Assembly (NCBI RefSeq): GCF_009914755.1
Contig: NC_060941.1
DNA from: the human T2T-CHM13v2.0 reference genome, Homo sapiens
Direction: 5' to 3' (one strand)
DNA length: 64,000 nt
Positions within the stretch are counted from its first letter, which is position 1. The number at the start of each line of letters is the position of its first letter. Below the pieces are notes generated by a model, which worked only from the letters and a program-made list of their open reading frames with translations, did no database searches and was not told the origin of the DNA. A program made the position numbers and the translations under genes. Shown here one piece after another: positions 56,407-64,000 of the stretch.

Positions 56407-56809
56407 GTGTCTTAGTCTGTTCTGCATTGCTATGAAGGAATACCTGAGAATGGGTAATTTTTGAGGAAGAAAGGTTTCTTTGGTTCACTCTTCTGCTGCT
56501 GGGGATTTTGGGCTTCTAGTGGAAGCCTCAGGCTGCTTCTGTTCATGAAGGAAGGCGGAGGGGAGCTGGCATGTGCAGAGATCACGTGGCAAGAGAGGAG
56601 GCTAGAGGACTGAGGCATGCCAGGCTCTTTTCAACAGCCAGCTCCTGGGCTCTAATAGAGCGGGAACTCACTCCCCACAACCAAGGGAGGACTTTCATCT
56701 ATGCATGAGGGATCTACCTCCATGGCCCAGACACTTTCCATTAGGCCCCTCCAACATTGAGAGCAAATTTCAGCATGAGGTTTGGAGGGGACAAACATCC
56801 CAACTATAG
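56407..56809 (-). mobile_element. MaLR LTR (MST-type)
   Basis: tgtcttagtctgttctgcattgctatgaaggaatacctgag ... ggaggggacaaacatcccaactata. Confidence 0.85.
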
Positions 56810-57255
56810 GAACAAGCGCTATATTATGATTACATTTTTCTTACAAATTTGTTTTTTCCTAGAGCTAATAATGCCTGTTTTTAAAAGATTTGCCTAGTTT
56901 TCTGTGTAACTATTGCTGTTTTTCCCTATATACTCCACATGCCTTGAATATATAAAATAACCTATCCTTTTGCACCTCCCTTCTACTTTTTCCCCTTGGA
57001 GACCTCATCCTAGAGCTCTCTGGACTCTTCTGGCGTGGCTGCACACCAGGCCTGCTGGCTGTATTCCTGGGACTTGCCTTTGCTTCTTCCCTGAGTTAGA
57101 CCTCTCGTTTCTAATATCTTATGTCTTGATTTTAGTATACTCATTTACTGAAGTACATCTTTCTGTGAAAGAGTACACAGAAAGTAAATTGTTGAGTCCT
57201 TACGTGTATGAAAAATGCATTTATGTAACTCTCATTATACTTGGTTAATAATTTG

Positions 57256-57333
57256 GCTGAGGAGGCAGAGGCTGCAATGCGCTGAGATTGCACCACTGCA
57301 CTCCAGCCTGGTTGACAGAGCAAGACTGTCTTA

Positions 57334-57366
<33 letters not shown>
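57256..57366 (+). mobile_element. 5'-truncated Alu end with (TAA)n tail
   Basis: gaggcagaggctgcaatg...gagcaagactgtct followed by a TAA repeat. Confidence 0.85.
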
Positions 57367-57367
<1 letters not shown>

Positions 57368-57495
57368 GGCTGTATATGGAATTTGAGTCTGGAAGTCATT
57401 TTCCATAGAATTTTGAAGGTACCTTGCTGTCCTCTGCTATCTGCTCTTGCTATTGAGACGTCTTTTCCCATTCAGATTTCCATTCTTTAATATGT

Positions 57496-57613
57496 AGGGC
57501 GACTGTATAATTTATTATCAAAACTGGGACAGGTAAAGTGCTAGTCTGACAGCATATTAGGACAACAGGTGTAAACCAGGACTTTCTTGGTAAACTGGGA
57601 CATATGATCACCT
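57496..57613. mobile_element. MER81/MER94-like hAT-Blackjack fossil
   Basis: Terminal inverted repeats tagggcgactgtat ... atatgatcacct; internal actgggaca repeats. Confidence 0.7.
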
Positions 57614-58349
57614 CTTTATATGTAACCTGTTTTTTCTTTAACTGCTTAGGATCTTCTCTTTACCTCTGGTGTTCTACATTTCATGATGATGTGTCTTGAC
57701 AGAGGCCCTTTTTTATTCATTGCACTAGGTCTTTGCAGTTGTATTCCTGTTCTTTCTTTGATTTGGGAAAATTTTCAGTATTCCTTCAAACATTTTCTCC
57801 CAGCCTTTGTTAGTTAGATGTTTGACTTTCTGGATTATCCTCTAAATTTTTGTCTTGTCTTGCAAATAAGCAAGGGGATATTATCTTTTTGCCTTTTGGC
57901 TTTCTTTTTGTTTTATATCAGAGATTTTCATTCATTTAAGTTCTTCTGTTGGATTTTTTAAAATTTTCTGTTTAGTGTTTAATTTCTCATTTTAGTCTTT
58001 TTCACAGCATCCTGCTCTTATCAAAGTATACCCTCTCCCACTCTTGGGATATTCATTGTAAGTTTTGGGGGTTTTTTTCTCCTTTTTAATTATTTATTTT
58101 GTTCTCTGCATTGCTTCCTTGAGTCTCTTTTCTATTTGTTTGGTTTGTGCATGAGGATTTCCTCAGATGCAGGCGATCCTTAACTGTCTGTTCATATTTA
58201 AGAGTAAAGCATTAAAGTTTATTATTCGGAATCTCTGAAACCTGGGCAGAGCTTTTTGGCTTCTTTAAATATAATTATGCTGTGAACTGACCTCTTTGTT
58301 AGAGTAGCCTTGGATGTCAGAATTTGTATTTGTTTGCTTTGTTTTCTAT

Positions 58350-58740
58350 ATATCTATTTGTTTGTGCTGCTATAGTAAAATACCACAGACTAGGTAATCT
58401 TAAAAGAACAGAAATTTATTTCTCACAGTTCTGGAGGTTGTAAAGTCCAAGAACAAGAAGGTGGCAGTTTCTGTTGTCTGGAGAGGGCTGCTGTCTGCTT
58501 CCAAGATGGTGCCTTGATGCTGAATTCTTCTGAGGGAATTCACATGGCAGAAGGTGGAAAGGCAAAAGGGACAGACTCCCTCCATCATGCCCTTTTAGAG
58601 GGACGCCTAATCCCATCCACGAGGGCAGAGCCTGCATGACTCAGTCACCTCCCAAAGGCCATTCCTTCCAATACTGTTGCATTGGGGATTAAGTGTTCAA
58701 CATACGGATTTTGGGAGACACATGCAGAAGACCATAGCAA
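58350..58740 (-). mobile_element. MaLR LTR (MST-type)
   Basis: tgctgctatagtaaaataccacagactaggtaat...cacagttctggagg...agaccatagca. Confidence 0.85.
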
Positions 58741-61700
58741 CTTTGAAATCTAATTTTGGGGGTGGGAGGGCAGACACCATTCAGTTTCTTCCAGAAAAGG
58801 CTCCTCTGCTTTCCTGCCTAGGAAATTATAGAATGGGATGTTAGCTTTCTACAAATGAGGTGGGAGAAAGGGAGAGGTTTCAGAGATTAACATAGAGCCT
58901 TTCCCTTGTACCTCATTCCAGCCTTCTTTGCCTGGTATCCTCTATTCTGGAGCTTCTGTGGTTCAATATTTCCAAAGAATAAAATTTCTTTTCTCTCACG
59001 AGAGGAGGTGGGTGGTAGAGGTGGTTAGTCACTTGGCTGTGTGGGATAATGGAGGAGGCCCAAGTGGTTCTGCTCCTTCTCTTTTTCCCACCTTGCGTGG
59101 TAACTGCCAGAGAGCTGATCCTCACAGGAATTCTGCGGCCTAATACAATTAGCTTCATCTTCACCTTTATTCACTCTGGGCATTTGGGTGATAACTTCTC
59201 CATCTCCTTACTGTCTTGGAAAAATTTATGAAAATATGCACACATTAGTGCTCCTTTTCTCTTTTTTCTTAGGAGTTAATATTTATTTTATTCCTCAACT
59301 GTCTCTTAGAGGGGTTGAGAAGAGATAAACTAATGTGTTCAATCTGCCATTTTTAACTGTTTCTAGCATGCATTTTTTCTAATGAAAGTATTATAAATGT
59401 TGATTAGATGCTTAATAGTACTATTAGTCCTGTTCCTCATGTATATTGGTATGGGTTAAATAGGTTTCTGTGGCCAACCTGAAAACCTAACTGTATCTAT
59501 GATTTTCCCTTAGAACTAGAGGTATAATCAAGCCTTTCCGAATTGATTATCTGGAGGAATTTTAACAGACTAGAGCAAAAACATTTTCTCTCTCTCCATT
59601 TTCCAAATCACATAGAAAATTACTACAAATACTATATCATCATTGTTGAAATAAAAAGCTCTAATAATTGTAACAGAAACTTGAATTTTAGTAGAAAGGT
59701 TTATTTGTAAAGTTAAAGCTATACAAATTAAAATCAGAAGTAAAATTGAATTCTTCAGCCAATATCTCAAATCTCTTTTTTTTTTTTTAGCGACTGTTTT
59801 GAAAGCAATTTTCTAATTAAATTTAAACCCAGTGATAGTGGTAGCTTTGGGAAAATAGTAATAGCCACGGGAATCATTTGTTTAACTGTATTTTTTGTTG
59901 TTGTTGCTTTCTTTTTCTTACCATGGACACAACAGAATCTTCTGAAATATTGGACTGAATAAACTAGACCTAGCTAGATAGACCAATAAAACAATCTTCC
60001 AAGTCATGAATGAGTAAAAATAGTTATGCAAAGCACTTGTGTGCGAAAATGCAGCTCAGAATATGTATAGTACACAAAGTGTTTGAAAGTAAATGCTGCA
60101 CCAACTTGGTGTTGGAATTGCAGAGACCACTGCAGTGGGGAGCTCCAATTTCCAGCCTTTGGCAAGGGCATATTCTTCCCGAGGATCACCCTGTTGTGCT
60201 GGGGCAGCCTTCCATGAGCACTTGCACCCCAGTGACCCTGATTGCCCAGTCTCAAGGGATCTGAGAAAATTAGGAAAACCAGGAACGGTTGTTGTAATCT
60301 TTTGTATGGCTGGAACGAGGTAAGGGCAATGAAATGCAGTTATTCCATTATTTTCCTTCCTTTTTATTTTTCTTTCTCTTTTATTTCTTCTTCTTTATTA
60401 TTATTAACCACTCCCCCTCACTCCCCCTACTCCTTGCTTTTGACAGAATATTGACTAGGAACCAGAAGCCCATTTCTGCTTAGCCTTAAGGGCAGCTGTT
60501 TACACAGCAGCAGTGTTACATAGGTTTACTGTGTCATATGTCTGTGTAACACTGGATTTGGATCTTGTATTTAGCTGCCAGAAGTGACTGTGATGAAGTA
60601 GGAGAGATAAACTGATAGATTGGCTGCCAGAAAGATGTTGGGAATCAATCAGATAAACAGGGTAGAGAAATAGCTTGCTGTTTTCTAGTGATAATAAAAC
60701 CAGCGGCTTCTGGTCCCTGCATTCTTAAACATAATTGCTGTAGTAATAATGTCCAAAATAAGCAAATGAAAAAACATCATGGGAGGTTTTCTAATTGCAA
60801 TTGAGATATCCTTTTCCCTTTTGCAATAAAGATTCATCTTTTGGAAGTGAATATTTTTTATAAATTTGTTTTACTTCTTCCAGTGCCTACTTACATAAAC
60901 ATATGAAATTAGAAAGAGATCTGCTTTCAGAGGAATTTATTTCTCTTTCTTCATTTGAACCACTGAAGCCCACAGGCTTCAGCTATTTGATTTGATGAAA
61001 TATCTCTATTGCCACCATGCCTCACCTACAAAATCATTGCTAATTTTTATGAAGAAACAAGTTTTAAGGCCAAACCTGGATTATTGACAGATGATTAGCA
61101 GAACTAGTTTATCTTAGCGTCTTCTCTTAAATTTCTCTCAGAAGATTTTTGGAATTTTAATCTCTGTTTCTCTTTCTCTGCATATAGCACTTATAGTTCT
61201 ATTATCGTAATTCAGGGTTTTTCTCCCTTAGTGTTTAACTTTTAAAACCATTGCTTCTCTTCGCCCAAGGACTTTAAGATTCAGTGCAGATTCTTAAGTC
61301 TGTATGAAAGGTACAGATGTAGATTTCAACTGGGTGCAGAGGAGTCAGGCTTAAAATGACAGTAGGAGAGTCATTTAGAATAACTCCCATGGAGTTAATT
61401 GTATTGGATGAGAGACTAATCCTCTGTGGTATATTTGCAGTATGCAAATGACTTTCTTTAGATTCCCTCTTAAAATTTGTGTGGCTATGAATGTGTTGGT
61501 ATCATGTGTGGCTAAAGCACTTAATAGCAAGCATGGTAGAGTAGCAGCTGTGGAAAACAAGAGGCCGATGCCCACACTTTTAATTACATACAGTAAAGGC
61601 TTTTTGCCTGAGGAAGACCTTCCTGACTGTTGGAGGTTATAGTTCAGAAGTTAACCTTGCACCATTATCCTGTTGGTGAGAAGCTGATGCATTTCCCTTT

Positions 61701-62068
61701 TTGCCACACGGCCCTTCCCACCTGACCTTTTAAAGATTCTCCATTGATATCAATGGAGTGGACAAAACTAATCATAAAAATAATGAAGGGAATGTTGCAT
61801 ACTCATTGATCTATTTGAAATGAACTGCGGTACAATAAGTCTTCCAAATGGACTTCTGTTCTCAGCTACTGCTATAGCCACCTTTTTAAAGATATATAAC
61901 TATGAAAGCGTTAACGGGAATTCAGTAATGCTCTTGCCACTGGGTTGTCCCTTATTGATTGTAGTTTTAGAGCTGTCACTATGCCATTCAGAATTCCTTC
62001 TCTGCCCTTTTAAAGTCAGTTGTACTGGAAGATGATAAATAAATTCGTTGCTTTCCTTTTTCCCCTAG

Positions 62069-62136
62069 CTCCTTCGAGAACTCATAGAACGGAAGACCAG
62101 CTCCTTGGATCCCAACGATCAGGTGGCCATGGGAAG
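62069..62136 (+). CDS. AATF: AATF coding exon (exon 9), 68 nt, phase 0 to 2; LLRELIERKTSSLDPNDQVAMG(R)
   Basis: Acceptor ctttcctttttcccctag, donor AAG|gtaatt; continues FYHQ|LLRELIE across a 28-kb intron. Confidence 0.96.
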
Positions 62137-63264
62137 GTAATTTAGATACAGCTTTCTGTTCATGCAAGCAGCCTATGTAATAGTTTCTCCCCTTGAGTCC
62201 CTTTAATTCTACCTGCAAAGCAATGATTGGTCCTATAATTATTGAAGTTAAGCAAGTAAGAGCTAGAAAGAAAATGTGACTAATTGTTTACCCTACATTG
62301 CCTAAAGTGCAATTTGTAAAGAAATTATAAAACACCTATGTGTTTGTTTTTAGAGTTTGTTTTCCAAAGTCTTTCTTATGCTCTTTGCTCCCTGGTTTTG
62401 CATTGTGATTGTATCCATATCAATCTGTTGACCAGTGGATACAAAGCAGCCATCCAAATGTGAGCTCTCAGCTGTCAGAACATGGCACTGCGCACAACAG
62501 GTTCTTTGCTCTCAGTCGAATCTGCTTTGTTAGAGTCTGCCCTAATTTAGACCTCCACCTCTTCAGTAAAAGCTTCAGCACAATTAGAAGTGGAACGTGG
62601 CAGCATTACCCAGATGTCAGGGCAGAATGTAAAGTAGTGAAGGAAGGCCCTTGTGTGTATGCTTCATCCTGTGGTTGGAAAATAAAAAGGGCATTTAGAA
62701 TGCTACCTAATGAATAGTGTACATTTAAATAGCCATGAGCCATAATTTGCAAAAGCATGAAAGGAAACAAAAGCTGCAAGTGCCAGAATGGGATTCTAGG
62801 CAGAGCAGCCATTCGAGAAAGCAGTGAAAAATTTGTGTTGATGAAATAATTTTATTTAAGTAAAATATTATGTGAATTTTAGGGTAGGATGTTGATATTT
62901 CGTTTATCTCTGGAATGTTATAGAGAGCTGTTCGCTATAAATTTAATGTGATAGAGCAAATTGCATTTAAGTGGTGATTATATTGTACATTTATCTGACT
63001 TTACAATAAAATAGATTATGGTAATTAAGATTATATTAAGATTACAGTAATTGGATTTCCCTAGATTTTTTTTTTCTGGTGTTGAATTTTCGTTGTATAA
63101 ATCAGGTAGGATGACTAGCTGCTGCTGCTGTTTCTCCTTCTTTTTCTTTTTTTCACTTTAGTTCATATGAGCAATTTATGAAGATTTTCTTAGCCTAATA
63201 TCCCTTATTGAAAAATTAATTCCTTCTTATCTAAAATGACTGCAGAATATGTGAATCTTGTTTG

Positions 63265-63465
63265 GATTCTGATCCAAACAAGCCAACTGTAAAATTGAGA
63301 CATTCCAGGAAATGTGAAGACTGACTGAATATTTGATAATAAAGAATTATTGTTGACTTTTTTTTTTAGATGTGGTAATGGTATTGAGATTATATTGAGG
63401 GGAGAAGAGTCCTTATCGCTTCTCTTGTATAGCAACACGTACTGAAATACTTATAGATGAAATGA
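63265..63465 (+). mobile_element. Old L1 3' fragment (L1MC-like)
   Basis: aaagaattattgtt...agatgtggtaatggtattg...actgaaatacttatagatgaaatga. Confidence 0.6.
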
Positions 63466-63997
63466 AAATTAACAATTTAAACAATTTAAACAATTTAAAA
63501 CAATTAAAAACTAGTATCAGTAGTGGATAATTATTTAAAAATTAGCAAAAATTGGAAAGCACAAGAAAAAGCACTGGAGGATTACCAAAGGGAAAGTTAG
63601 ATTTTAAAAATTCATGCATTCAAACCAACCAGCAGTTGCAACATTAGTAACAGAACATGCTGCATAGCTAAAACATTAAAAGAAAACCCAAGCAGCTCTA
63701 CTAAATCTGATGGGTTTGCCTGCAGACTGGTAGATTTAGTGCTTGTCACAGCAACTCCAAATACTAAGGAGCATTGTGAACCAAATTTGCTGTAGAATTT
63801 CCCAGCTGCCGTTTGTTTTTTTACCATTGCACAAATCCTGTTCAATTGATTAGTCAGTTTGGCCCCAAACTAGCTTGAGGAACTTAATGTAGGTTGATGA
63901 TTTCTTTCTGCAGGGTTGTTAGAATAATTCCAATTTGTCAATATGTATAACTATTTCTGTTAGTGATGATGCATAACATTGATTGTGAATTTTCCAG

Positions 63998-64000
63998 GCA
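63998..64000 (+). CDS. AATF: First 3 nt of the next AATF exon (exon 10), cut by the window edge
   Basis: aattttccag|GCA; AG|G CA. gives Arg-Gln, matching the expected ...AMGRQW... continuation. Only 3 nt are visible. Confidence 0.7.

Noticed and set aside
60004-60323. Overlapping 76-84 aa ORFs in unique sequence
   Set aside because: No recognisable protein similarity or splice context; lengths are expected by chance.
63468-63510. (aacaattta)n short tandem repeat
   Set aside because: Ordinary AT-rich slippage repeat.

Overview
Human genomic DNA, not prokaryotic: it is Alu-dense and contains a human-specific AluYb9-type element. The window lies inside AATF (Che-1; 17q12, next to LHX1) on the + strand. 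Five complete coding exons can be spliced in frame: 29640-29754, 31541-31742, 32269-32433, 33827-33910 and 62069-62136. The first 3 nt of the next exon are at 63998-64000. These are exons 5-10 by my recollection of the gene model. The intron at 31743-32268 is non-canonical GC-AG. The rest is intronic: about 45 Alus, old L1/L2/MIR fragments, MaLR LTRs, DNA-transposon fossils, and several repeat-poor, homeobox-motif-rich blocks that are plausible long-range LHX1 enhancers. The most unusual observations are: a 55-nt double-hairpin RNA retrocopy with poly(A), target-site duplication (TSD) and an L1 endonuclease site (5623-5692); a templated micro-insertion next to a 31-bp tandem repeat (32930-33100); a candidate Alu poison exon behind a 110-nt pure pyrimidine tract; out-of-frame GT donors competing with the GC donor; and inverted Alus bracketing exons 6-8 (circRNA candidate). 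Almost all ORFs in the supplied track are repeat-derived artefacts. Repeat family names and boundaries are by eye and approximate.
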